A DNA stretch of 32,000 nucleotides, taken from NCBI RefSeq assembly GCF_900199515.1, contig NZ_LT963432.1, positions 60,001 through 92,000 on the forward strand. Reading direction: 5' to 3'. The DNA is from Massilicoli timonensis. GTDB taxonomy: Bacteria; Bacillota_I; Bacilli_A; Erysipelotrichales; Erysipelotrichaceae. Below are positions 24,284 through 32,000 of the stretch, piece after piece (positions within the stretch are counted from its first letter, which is position 1; the number at the start of each line of letters is the position of its first letter). The position numbers and the translations under genes are program-made. A model generated the notes under the pieces. The model had not been told where the DNA came from. It ran no database searches and saw only the letters and a program-made list of their open reading frames with translations.

Positions 24284-24992
24284 AATCGTTGCGGTTGCCT
24301 AAGATCGTCAAGATCCGCAAGAACAAGTTAATGAAATCCAGATACAGTTCAAAAGCCGAATACAAAGCCAAATGCTTCAGCATTTCCCCATCACCGACAT
24401 AACGGTAATAGTTATTTTTTAATTTCTGCACATCATAAGCCGTAAGTCCGGTAAAGATCAAGATACTGATGCCGGAAAGCATCATGATATAGCGATCCAG
24501 ATCCAAAAAGAAGATACCGATCACTTCTACTAAGATCAAAACGATCAATCCGGTAAAGCAGATCGTTCCAAGCTTTGTCAGATCCGCCTTCGTCGTAAAG
24601 CCGATCATCGTCAATGAGCCGAAATAAACCGCCGTTACGCCAAACGCAAAGAAGATCGTTCCCGCGTCATAAGCATAGCCCAGTGTAGAAAAAGTAAAGC
24701 CGGTGATCGCACAGTACACGGCAAACAACACCATTGCACTGGTGTAATTCATGTTATATAAATTTTTGCTGAAGGCGATGACCACACCAAATTCGATCAA
24801 GATCAGAAATAAGTAAGAGAAGCTGCCCATCGACAACAACGCTCTCAACGCAAATCCGCTCTCATAGCAGAAAAAAGCGATCACTGCCGTAATCAGCAGT
24901 CCAAGCCCCATGATCGAAAATGTCTTCATGGCATGTTTTTGCAAGGACAATCCCTGATTTTGATTTTGAATAGCAGAATTCTGTTCAAACAT
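24282..24992 (-). CDS. Bax inhibitor-1/YccA family membrane protein
   Basis: Seven hydrophobic segments and the family-typical C-terminus LYLDFINLFLRILTILGNRND. The ATG at 24992 has AAGGAGG 7 nt upstream; the track start at 25025 is an extension. Confidence 0.8.
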   Translation of the reverse strand: MFEQNSAIQNQNQGLSLQKHAMKTFSIMGLGLLITAVIAFFCYESGFALRALLSMGSFSYLFLILIEFGVVIAFSKNLYNMNYTSAMVLFAVYCAITGFTFSTLGYAYDAGTIFFAFGVTAVYFGSLTMIGFTTKADLTKLGTICFTGLIVLILVEVIGIFFLDLDRYIMMLSGISILIFTGLTAYDVQKLKNNYYRYVGDGEMLKHLALYSAFELYLDFINLFLRILTILGNRND

Positions 24993-25103
24993 ACGTATTC
25001 CTCCTTTTCCTATAGTATACCCCAATTTCGCTTATTTGGAAACACCTTTGCGAAAAACGTGCCTTCCCTGTTTCAGCGAACAGCATTTGCACTTGTCAAG
25101 ATC

Positions 25104-25136
25104 GAAAAAGAGCGATGGTTTTTATAAGCCATCGTC
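25104..25136 (-). terminator. Probable terminator after ilvA
   Basis: Minus-strand read CGATGG-cttataaaaa-CCATCG followed by CTCTTTTT. The stem is short. Confidence 0.45.
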
Positions 25137-25159
25137 CTTTCTTATATCTACTATTTATA

Positions 25160-26365
25160 TCAGCGTGCCTGTATCTTGGCATGGAAGCCATGTGCGAAGA
25201 GGGTGTCTAACAGCTGGCCGATATGTGCTTCACTGGTGGTTTCGATCATACAGCGCACGGTACAGATGCCGCTTAACATATCATCAGAATAACGATTGTG
25301 ATCGACACTTACGACATTGGCGCCCGACGTGCTGATCAAGTGCAGCAGCTTGCTTAAATTGCCCGGTTTATCGACTAACGGCACATCTAAGATGACTTTT
25401 CTTCCGGTCTTCATCAATCCCAGATCGATGATCTTGGATAAAAAGTTCACGTCGATATTGCCGCCGGACAATACGGCTACACAATTTTTACCATGCAGAT
25501 CCAGTTTTTCAAACATCGCTGCCGCAACTGAAACCGCACCGGCTCCTTCTGCCACCATCTTCATTTTTTCTAACAGCGTCAATATGCCGGCCGCGATCTC
25601 ATCTTCACTTACCGTAATGATGCCATCCAAATAGGTTTTACAAACTGCCAAGGTCTGATCGCCCGGCGCCTTCACCGCAATGCCATCGGCAATCGTAGCC
25701 GCATTTTCCAGCTTTACGATCTGTCCTGCCGCAAGTGATGCCTGCATGCTGGCAGCGCTGCCTGCTTCCACACCATACACCTTGCAATCCGGTTTGATAT
25801 GCTTCATCGCATAAGCGATACCGGAAACCAAGCCGCCTCCGCCCACCGGCACCAGCACGACATCGACATCCGGCATGCGTTCATAGATCTCCAAAGCGAT
25901 CGTACCCTGTCCTGCCATGATATAGGGATCGTTGAACGGTTCGATAAAAACCGCATCGGTCAGGGTCTGTAAGTTTTTCGCATATTCATAAGCGTCATTG
26001 AACGTATCTCCCTGCAGCTCCACCTTGACACCGTAGCTGCGCGTCGCTTCGATCTTGGAAAGCGGCGCGGTCTTAGGCATGACGATCGTCCCCTTGATGC
26101 CCATTTCTTTGCACGCATAGGCGACGCCCTGCGCATGATTGCCGGCACTGGCTGCGATCACACCGCGTTTTTTCTGCTCCTCGCTTAGCTTCGATAAGCG
26201 ATAATAGGCGCCCCTTAGCTTAAATGCCCCGGTCAATTGCAGGCTTTCCGCCTTGATCCATAAATGTTCCTGAATTTTATCCGCCCGCACCAGCGGCGTA
26301 CGGCTGATGATCGGCTGCAATACACGCTGTGCTTCTTCGATCAGTTCCATTGTCAGTGTTGTCAT
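25160..26365 (-). CDS. ilvA: Threonine ammonia-lyase (threonine dehydratase) with one C-terminal ACT-like domain
   Basis: PLP lysine motif LQLTGAFKLRGA, GNHAQG and PVGGGGL. C-terminal regulatory domain (VILDVPLVDKPGNLSKLL...). The ATG at 26365 has GAGGAG upstream. Confidence 0.88.
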   Translation of the reverse strand: MTTLTMELIEEAQRVLQPIISRTPLVRADKIQEHLWIKAESLQLTGAFKLRGAYYRLSKLSEEQKKRGVIAASAGNHAQGVAYACKEMGIKGTIVMPKTAPLSKIEATRSYGVKVELQGDTFNDAYEYAKNLQTLTDAVFIEPFNDPYIMAGQGTIALEIYERMPDVDVVLVPVGGGGLVSGIAYAMKHIKPDCKVYGVEAGSAASMQASLAAGQIVKLENAATIADGIAVKAPGDQTLAVCKTYLDGIITVSEDEIAAGILTLLEKMKMVAEGAGAVSVAAAMFEKLDLHGKNCVAVLSGGNIDVNFLSKIIDLGLMKTGRKVILDVPLVDKPGNLSKLLHLISTSGANVVSVDHNRYSDDMLSGICTVRCMIETTSEAHIGQLLDTLFAHGFHAKIQAR

Positions 26366-26462
26366 AATTTCACTCCTCATCCTGCATCTATTGTAGCGCA
26401 TTTTGATCGAAATGAAAATGTGAAATCAATTGAAATGAGCAAAAGAGAACGCCTTTTTTCTT

Positions 26463-27518
26463 TTACAGCGTTTTGGTGATGTAGTGCTTCATAGAACCAT
26501 TGACCGCCCTTGTAAGATCACGTCCGCGACACACTGCCATCCGATAGGCGATCACCTGTGCAGCCGTAATATATTCGATCGGCGCAAAGGTGCGGTTTGC
26601 CGCCTGAAAATATAAATCATGCGAATCACTTGCCAGATCGCCGATCACCGCGCAGAAACCGATTTCTTTTTTCAAAAAACGGGCGATCGCTTTGACTTTT
26701 TCTTCATCTTCTCCGCTCTTGCCAAACAGGAAAAAGCCGATTTCCGATGAAAAGGCGTTCTGCGGTCCATGGATCATCTCCTCTAACTCATAGCTGCGCG
26801 TTACGATCGGCACCATTTCCATCGCTTTGATATCCGCTTCCATGCAAACCGGATACAGATCGCCTGCTCCGCCATACATCAGCGCGCTTTTTCGCATCAA
26901 AGAAAACTGATGCGCATCAAACCACGCCATCGCCTCTTCACGACGCTGATCCAGATTGCCGATCGTATCGCGCAGTTTTTTTTCATAACCGTCTGCCTGC
27001 TTTGCGCTGATCGTGCCATTTGCCTCAGCAAGCGCGATGCCCATTAACCAAAGCGTTGTTACGGTCGCTGCATAACCGATCGTACGGTAAATAAATTCTT
27101 CCTTTTCACTGCCCATTTCCAGTGCCACATCCGCCAAAGCGGCAATCGGTGCCTGCACATCCTCACAGATCGCACAGTTTAATAAATGCGCATCCTTTAC
27201 TTTGCGCAAGCCTTCATATACAAGCCGCGTGCTGCCGCCCTGTGAAATAAAGACATAGAGCGCATCTTTCTTTAATTCCTCATAGTTGTAATGCAGAAAT
27301 ACGTTTGGATAATAGAAACGCACCCGATAGCCCAGCTTTTCTAAAAAGATCCGTGCCGTAAAAGCACTGTTGTAAGAAGTGCCGCTTGCCACAAACACCA
27401 GATCTCGACATTCTTTTGGCACATACGCTCCTAACTCTTGAAAACGTGACGCACGCTGATCCACGATCTTCGTCAAAAGGGAAGGGATCCGCTCAATACA
27501 ATTTAGTAATGTTGTCAT
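26463..27518 (-). CDS. Double-SIS-domain sugar-phosphate isomerase/deglycase-like protein (GlmS C-terminal-like)
   Basis: 351 aa. First SIS domain VFVASGTSYNSAF...FISQGGST; second SIS domain YGGAGDLYPVCMEADIKAMEM...EEMIHGP. RBS GGAGGAA. Substrate unknown. Confidence 0.65.
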   Translation of the reverse strand: MTTLLNCIERIPSLLTKIVDQRASRFQELGAYVPKECRDLVFVASGTSYNSAFTARIFLEKLGYRVRFYYPNVFLHYNYEELKKDALYVFISQGGSTRLVYEGLRKVKDAHLLNCAICEDVQAPIAALADVALEMGSEKEEFIYRTIGYAATVTTLWLMGIALAEANGTISAKQADGYEKKLRDTIGNLDQRREEAMAWFDAHQFSLMRKSALMYGGAGDLYPVCMEADIKAMEMVPIVTRSYELEEMIHGPQNAFSSEIGFFLFGKSGEDEEKVKAIARFLKKEIGFCAVIGDLASDSHDLYFQAANRTFAPIEYITAAQVIAYRMAVCRGRDLTRAVNGSMKHYITKTL

Positions 27519-27584
27519 AACAATTCCTCCGATCCCCTTTAGTATATAACGAATGCGTGTAAAAGAAAATAGCGGTCAGTTATT

Positions 27585-28892
27585 TTAACCATGCGGGAGC
27601 GGTACTTCCCGATACTGCAGCAGTTCGCTTACCGTTACAAACTGATAGCCTTCCTCTTTTAACTGGGAAAGGATCGCCTTCAGTGCTTCGACAGTGCTGG
27701 GATACATATCGTGCATCAGGATAATATCGCCATCTCTTACCTCCTTCAGCACTCTGGAAGTGATCTGCTGTGCATCGCGCAGCTTCCAGTCCTGTGTATC
27801 CACGCTCCACCCCGCATAAAGCAGATCGTTTTCACTCATACAGGCATCTACGACATCATTATGACTGCCATAAGGAGGTCGAAGCAGTTTGGGCGCTTTG
27901 CCGGTTATCGCCTGCAATGCCGCTTGTGATCTGGTGATTTCTTCTTCGATCGCACTTCTCGATAAAGTCGTTAATTGCTTATGCGAATACGTGTGATTGC
28001 CGATCTCACTGCCCTCTAAGATCATACGCTGCAACAGTTCCGGCGCCAGATTGGCACGGCTGCCCAGAATAAAGAATGTCGCACAGGCCTGTTCCTCTTG
28101 CAATACATCGAGGATCGCACCGGTATAGCGCGGCAGCGGTCCATCATCAAAAGTGATCGCCACCATCGGTTTATCCGGATCGATCAAGCGCAGCGGCTCA
28201 TTCAAAACATCATCATACGGCACGATCGTCTGCACCGTTTCCTTTTCCATCGTTTCATCGATCATCTCATAACCCAAACAAACCTGCACGGCAAAAGGAT
28301 AAAGCATATCCTGATCAAAATACAGCTTCAGCTGATCCTTTTTCAAAACAAAACAGGCAAAATTCTGCGGCAGTGTTTCCGAACCGATCGAAAAAGCGAG
28401 ACTGTCGCTTTGCTCCGGATAACGGTTACGCAGCTGTTCTCTGCTTAACTGTGCGATTTTCGCAAAGCCGCTTTCGCCAAATACATCCTCCAGATCAAAA
28501 AAATCACTTTGTTTCAAATCATAATGAATCGCGTGATAAGTCGTTTTGCTTGTATCATCAAAGCGCGTTTCCACCTGATATAAAATCGAAATATAGCGTT
28601 CTTCCTTCAAATACGATTTCCAGTCGATCGTCAGCTCCGCATTTTCTGCCTGTTTCGCCTCCTTGATAAAGTCCTTTTTTAGCTGTTTGACCAGCTGCTC
28701 GCTTTTGTCATTGATCGCTTCGATCTCACAGTGGATGCTGTGGATATAATAATGATAATGTTCTCCTTTTCCGATATCCGCCGCACTCTCGCCGTATTCA
28801 TGGATCGGATCACTGTTCTGCTTCACTTCATAGCGGACACAGCCGCAAAGAAACAGCATACAAAAAAGACAGATCCGCGCTTTTTTCCCCAT
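27585..28892 (-). CDS. Polysaccharide/peptidoglycan deacetylase lipoprotein (NodB domain; PdaC-like architecture)
   Basis: Lipobox LFLCGC. C-terminal NodB motifs VAITFDDGP, GNHTYSH and LLRPPYG. The N-terminal roughly 230 aa resemble the DUF4163/DUF3298-type module found in PdaC and RsiV; that part is called by eye. Confidence 0.75.
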   Translation of the reverse strand: MGKKARICLFCMLFLCGCVRYEVKQNSDPIHEYGESAADIGKGEHYHYYIHSIHCEIEAINDKSEQLVKQLKKDFIKEAKQAENAELTIDWKSYLKEERYISILYQVETRFDDTSKTTYHAIHYDLKQSDFFDLEDVFGESGFAKIAQLSREQLRNRYPEQSDSLAFSIGSETLPQNFACFVLKKDQLKLYFDQDMLYPFAVQVCLGYEMIDETMEKETVQTIVPYDDVLNEPLRLIDPDKPMVAITFDDGPLPRYTGAILDVLQEEQACATFFILGSRANLAPELLQRMILEGSEIGNHTYSHKQLTTLSRSAIEEEITRSQAALQAITGKAPKLLRPPYGSHNDVVDACMSENDLLYAGWSVDTQDWKLRDAQQITSRVLKEVRDGDIILMHDMYPSTVEALKAILSQLKEEGYQFVTVSELLQYREVPLPHG

Positions 28893-29018
28893 TTGATCAC
28901 CTTTATGCTAAAGCATATGAACAAAGATGCGCTTTTCATGTATCAAAGTGAAAAAAATTTGTATTTCTCGGTCATTTGTTTTATCATAGTATCGGTATTT
29001 TATAAAGGTGGAATCAAT

Positions 29019-30857
29019 ATGAATGAAAAACAGAAAATGATCAATTTAGCCGTGATCGCCCATGTCGATGCCGGCAAATCAACCTTGGTAGACGCTTTCT
29101 TACGGCAAAGCGATGTCTTTCGCGCCGGTGAGGAAGTCGTGGAATGCGTAATGGACAGCAATGATCTGGAACGAGAACGCGGCATCACGATCTACTCAAA
29201 AAACTGCTCGATCACCCATGACGGCGTGAAGATCAATATCGTCGATACACCGGGACATGCGGATTTCTCCAGCGAAGTGGAACGTATCATCAAGACCGTA
29301 GATACGGTGATCCTATTGGTCGATTCCAGTGAAGGGCCGATGCCGCAGACCCGCTTTGTATTAAGCAAGGCGTTAGAGCTGGGGTTAAAGCCAATCTTGC
29401 TTATCAATAAGATCGATAAAAAAGATGCCCGGCCAAATGAAGTGGTCGATGAAGTATATGAACTGTTTTTAGAGTTAAACGCAACCGATGAACAGCTGGA
29501 CTTTCCGATCCTTTACGGCATCGCCAGAGAAGGCATCGTACAGTATGATCTGGATACGCCAAGCAATAACATCGAACCCTTATTTAAGACGATCCTCAAA
29601 CATACGCCATGTTATCCGGATAAAGATGAAGAAGCGCTGCAGGTACAGATCTCCGCGCTTGCCTATGACAATTTCATCGGCCGTCTGGGCATCGGGCGGG
29701 TTTACAGCGGTATTTTGAAGGAAGGCATGTCCGTTGCCATCTGTGATGATGAAGGGCATGTACGCAATAAAGCGATCTCACAGCTCTTTGTTTATCAGGG
29801 ACTAAAGCGGGTAGCCGTCAAAGAAGCACACAGCGGCGACATCGTCGTCATTGCCGGCATTGCCGATATTTCGATCGGAGAAACGCTTTGTATGCCGGAT
29901 CAGATCTTGCCGATGCCTTCGATCAAGATCGAAGAACCGACACTTTCGATGAATTTCATCGTCAATAAATCACCGTTTGCGGGCCAGTCCGGCAAATATG
30001 TAACATCCCGCAACTTAAAAGAACGGCTGGAAAAAGAACTGGAAGTCAATGTCGGATTAAAAGTGGAAGCAACCGACAGTGCAGACTGCTTTAAGGTAAG
30101 CGGACGCGGCGAGCTGCACATTTCCATCTTATTGGAAAATATGCGCAGAGAAGGCTATGAGGTAGCCGTTTCCAAGCCGGAGGTCATCCTGCATAAAGAT
30201 GAAAAGGGACATACCGTGGAACCGGTAGAAGAAGTGATCGCTTTATCGCCGAGCACCTACAGCGGCACGATCATCGCAAAGCTGAACTTACGCAAAGGGG
30301 TCATGGTCGATATGGACGATGACGGCAGCTATTGCAAGATCACTTATCATGTGCCGACCAGAGGACTGCTTGGTTATCGCAGCGAATTTATCAATGATAC
30401 AAGAGGAGAAGGCACGCTGGTATGCCGCCTGATCGGTTATGAGGAATACAAGGGTGAGATCCCGCAGCGCACCAACGGCGCTATGATTTCAACCGATACC
30501 GGCTCTGCCATGACGTATGCCTTATGGAATTTACAAGAGCGCGGTACCTTGTTCATTTCACCGCAGACCGAAGTATATGAAGGCATGATCATCGGAGTGA
30601 GCGCCCGCAATGTCGATATGGACGTCAATCCGCTCAAAAATAAAAAATTGACCGCGATCCGTTCCAGCGGCAATGACGAGGCGATGCGTTTAACGCCGCC
30701 AAAGATCATGACCTTGGAAGAAGCGTTGGAATTCATCAATGACGATGAACTGGTGGAAATCACTCCGGATACGATCCGCCTGCGCAAAAAAGGACTGACC
30801 CCGCAGGAACGCCGTCAATATTATCGTGAAAAGATGAATGCAGAAGAACTAAAATAG
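29019..30857 (+). CDS. typA: Translational GTPase TypA/BipA
   Basis: [28 protein letters not shown] and LINKIDK G-motifs, with a 612-aa BipA-type domain order. The ATG at 29019 has AAAGGTGG upstream. The track start at 28731 (GTG) is an artefact that overlaps the divergent deacetylase gene. Confidence 0.93.
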   Translation: MNEKQKMINLAVIAHVDAGKSTLVDAFLRQSDVFRAGEEVVECVMDSNDLERERGITIYSKNCSITHDGVKINIVDTPGHADFSSEVERIIKTVDTVILLVDSSEGPMPQTRFVLSKALELGLKPILLINKIDKKDARPNEVVDEVYELFLELNATDEQLDFPILYGIAREGIVQYDLDTPSNNIEPLFKTILKHTPCYPDKDEEALQVQISALAYDNFIGRLGIGRVYSGILKEGMSVAICDDEGHVRNKAISQLFVYQGLKRVAVKEAHSGDIVVIAGIADISIGETLCMPDQILPMPSIKIEEPTLSMNFIVNKSPFAGQSGKYVTSRNLKERLEKELEVNVGLKVEATDSADCFKVSGRGELHISILLENMRREGYEVAVSKPEVILHKDEKGHTVEPVEEVIALSPSTYSGTIIAKLNLRKGVMVDMDDDGSYCKITYHVPTRGLLGYRSEFINDTRGEGTLVCRLIGYEEYKGEIPQRTNGAMISTDTGSAMTYALWNLQERGTLFISPQTEVYEGMIIGVSARNVDMDVNPLKNKKLTAIRSSGNDEAMRLTPPKIMTLEEALEFINDDELVEITPDTIRLRKKGLTPQERRQYYREKMNAEELK

Positions 30858-30880
30858 AGGCGCAAGCAGCGCCTCTTTTT
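30857..30880. terminator. Bidirectional terminator between typA and the ABC gene
   Basis: GAGGCGC-aagca-GCGCCTC followed by TTTTT. The hairpin begins at the last base (G, 30857) of the typA stop codon TAG (30855-30857). Confidence 0.75.
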
Positions 30881-32000
30881 CTATGCTTCATAATAATGCG
30901 CCTGCGCATGCCACAAGCGATGGTAAAGCCCCATTTTTTCCAACAGCTCCGCATGGGTGCCGCTTTCTACGATCTCCCCTTGATCAAACACATAGATGTG
31001 TTTTGCCATACGGCAGCTGCTCATACGATGCGAGATCATGATGCTCGTCTTATCTTTTGCCAGCATTTCCAATCGATGATAGATCTCATATTCCGAAAGT
31101 GGATCCAAAGCGGCAGTCGGCTCATCTAATACGATGAAATCACGATCATAATAAAGCGCTCTGGCAATCGCCAATTTCTGTTCTTCCCCTCCGGAAAGAT
31201 CTACTCCTTCCGACTCCTCCTTACTAAGCGAGGTCGCCAAACCTTTTTCTAATTCCCGCATGCGTTTTTTTAACCCCGCACGTTCCAACTGTTCCCAAGC
31301 CTTCTCTTCATCTACCTGCAACCCCCCGGCAATATTTTCTTTGATCGGGAAGGGAAACAGCTGAAAATCCTGAAAGACACTGGAAAAAAGCGACCAGTAG
31401 GCATTTAGATCATAGCTTTGCAAAGGCTTGCCGTTTAATAAGATCACACCACTGCTTGGCTCATATAAGCGAAGCAGCAGTTTGATCAAAGTCGTCTTGC
31501 CGGCGCCGTTCATGCCGACAAAAGCCAAATGATCCCCGCGTTCGATGCGCATCGAAACATGCTTTAATACCGGCTGATCCTGATGAGGATAGCAGAAACT
31601 CACATCTTTTAATTCCAATGATGTAAAAACAAGTGATTCCTGTTTCTTACCAGCCTGCTGAGCCGGCAAGTGCAGATAGGTCGCATACGCCTGAAAATAG
31701 CGGGCACGCAGCTGCATGCTCATGATCGAGGAAAGCCATGTGCGCAAAGCACTTGATAATTGCACGATCGCACCGCTGTAACGCATCAGTTCCCCATAAG
31801 TGATCGTCTTTGCCATAAAGCGCACCAGCACGACTCCGGCAAAAAATAGATTCATGCTCTGTGCAACAAGCTGTTCCAAACCGCCGATCACCCCAAAACG
31901 CTTTGCATAGTGATAAAACAGATTCATTAACTGATCCGCTTCTTTTCTGATGCGGCGGCTCAGCATGCCTTCCATATGATATAAACGAATATCCTTTCCC
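30881..32000 (-). CDS. ABC exporter, fused permease/ATPase; the C-terminal part is in the window and the 5' end lies beyond the right edge
   Basis: Walker A GMNGAGKTT, signature LSGGEEQKLAIARAL, Walker B FIVLDEPTAALD, H-loop ISHR. The reading frame stays open upstream of the track Met at 31975 (..GKDIRLYHMEG..) to the window edge. Confidence 0.85.
   Translation of the reverse strand, partial: GKDIRLYHMEGMLSRRIRKEADQLMNLFYHYAKRFGVIGGLEQLVAQSMNLFFAGVVLVRFMAKTITYGELMRYSGAIVQLSSALRTWLSSIMSMQLRARYFQAYATYLHLPAQQAGKKQESLVFTSLELKDVSFCYPHQDQPVLKHVSMRIERGDHLAFVGMNGAGKTTLIKLLLRLYEPSSGVILLNGKPLQSYDLNAYWSLFSSVFQDFQLFPFPIKENIAGGLQVDEEKAWEQLERAGLKKRMRELEKGLATSLSKEESEGVDLSGGEEQKLAIARALYYDRDFIVLDEPTAALDPLSEYEIYHRLEMLAKDKTSIMISHRMSSCRMAKHIYVFDQGEIVESGTHAELLEKMGLYHRLWHAQAHYYEA

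Noticed and set aside
26366-26462. Possible T-box, riboswitch or attenuator leader upstream of ilvA
   Set aside because: The leader is under 100 nt. I found no specifier loop or T-box sequence, no terminator/antiterminator pair, and no leader peptide rich in Ile, Val or Leu codons.
28731-29018. 96-codon N-terminal extension of the typA ORF, which the track starts at 28731
   Set aside because: It begins at GTG, has no RBS and overlaps the divergent deacetylase gene. BipA homologues begin at the [22 protein letters not shown] block, which here has AAAGGTGG upstream of the ATG at 29019.
1-32000. CRISPR arrays, tandem repeats, IS elements, prophage or defence-island content
   Set aside because: Reading both strands showed no spaced direct repeats, no transposase, integrase or reverse transcriptase-like ORFs, and no nuclease or NTPase clusters. 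The only repeats noted are terminator hairpins. A computational repeat search would still be needed to exclude short dispersed repeats.

Overview
The window reads as a core chromosomal region of a low-GC Gram-positive bacterium (Bacillota). No lower taxon can be assigned from sequence alone. Gene order matches two Bacillus-type blocks. The first, on the minus strand, is polA-mutM-coaE-dnaB-dnaI followed by pfkA-pyk. The second is radC-mreC-mreD-minC-minD followed by a spoIVFA/spoIVFB-like pair. The rest is housekeeping: two single tRNA genes (Lys-CUU, Ser-GGA), rimO, a family-6 UDG-like glycosylase, a D-2-hydroxyacid dehydrogenase, a TrmH-family methyltransferase, a cyclophilin, ilvA, a double-SIS protein, a PdaC-like deacetylase lipoprotein, typA/bipA and a truncated ABC exporter. 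Several small or uncharacterised proteins are also present. I saw no CRISPR array, transposase, integrase, phage genes or recognisable defence system, so most of the window is ordinary. Five things deserve a second look. (1) A terminator-bounded three-gene unit encodes a catalytically degenerate LytM-like membrane protein, an M50 intramembrane protease and a TroA-like lipoprotein with 3 of 4 canonical metal ligands replaced and no ABC partner. (2) A cytoplasmic protein carries two retropepsin-like DTGA domains in one chain. (3) GATC is several-fold over-represented, mostly from NNG|ATC codon pairs. (4) A 37-codon membrane ORF with a strong RBS, below the ORF-track cutoff, sits upstream of the SPOR-like/radC/mreCD/minCD array. 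(5) mreB is absent from its usual slot between radC and mreC. Several ORF-track starts are GTG/TTG extensions and were trimmed to the RBS-supported ATG. All family calls come from motifs read by eye; no database search was run.
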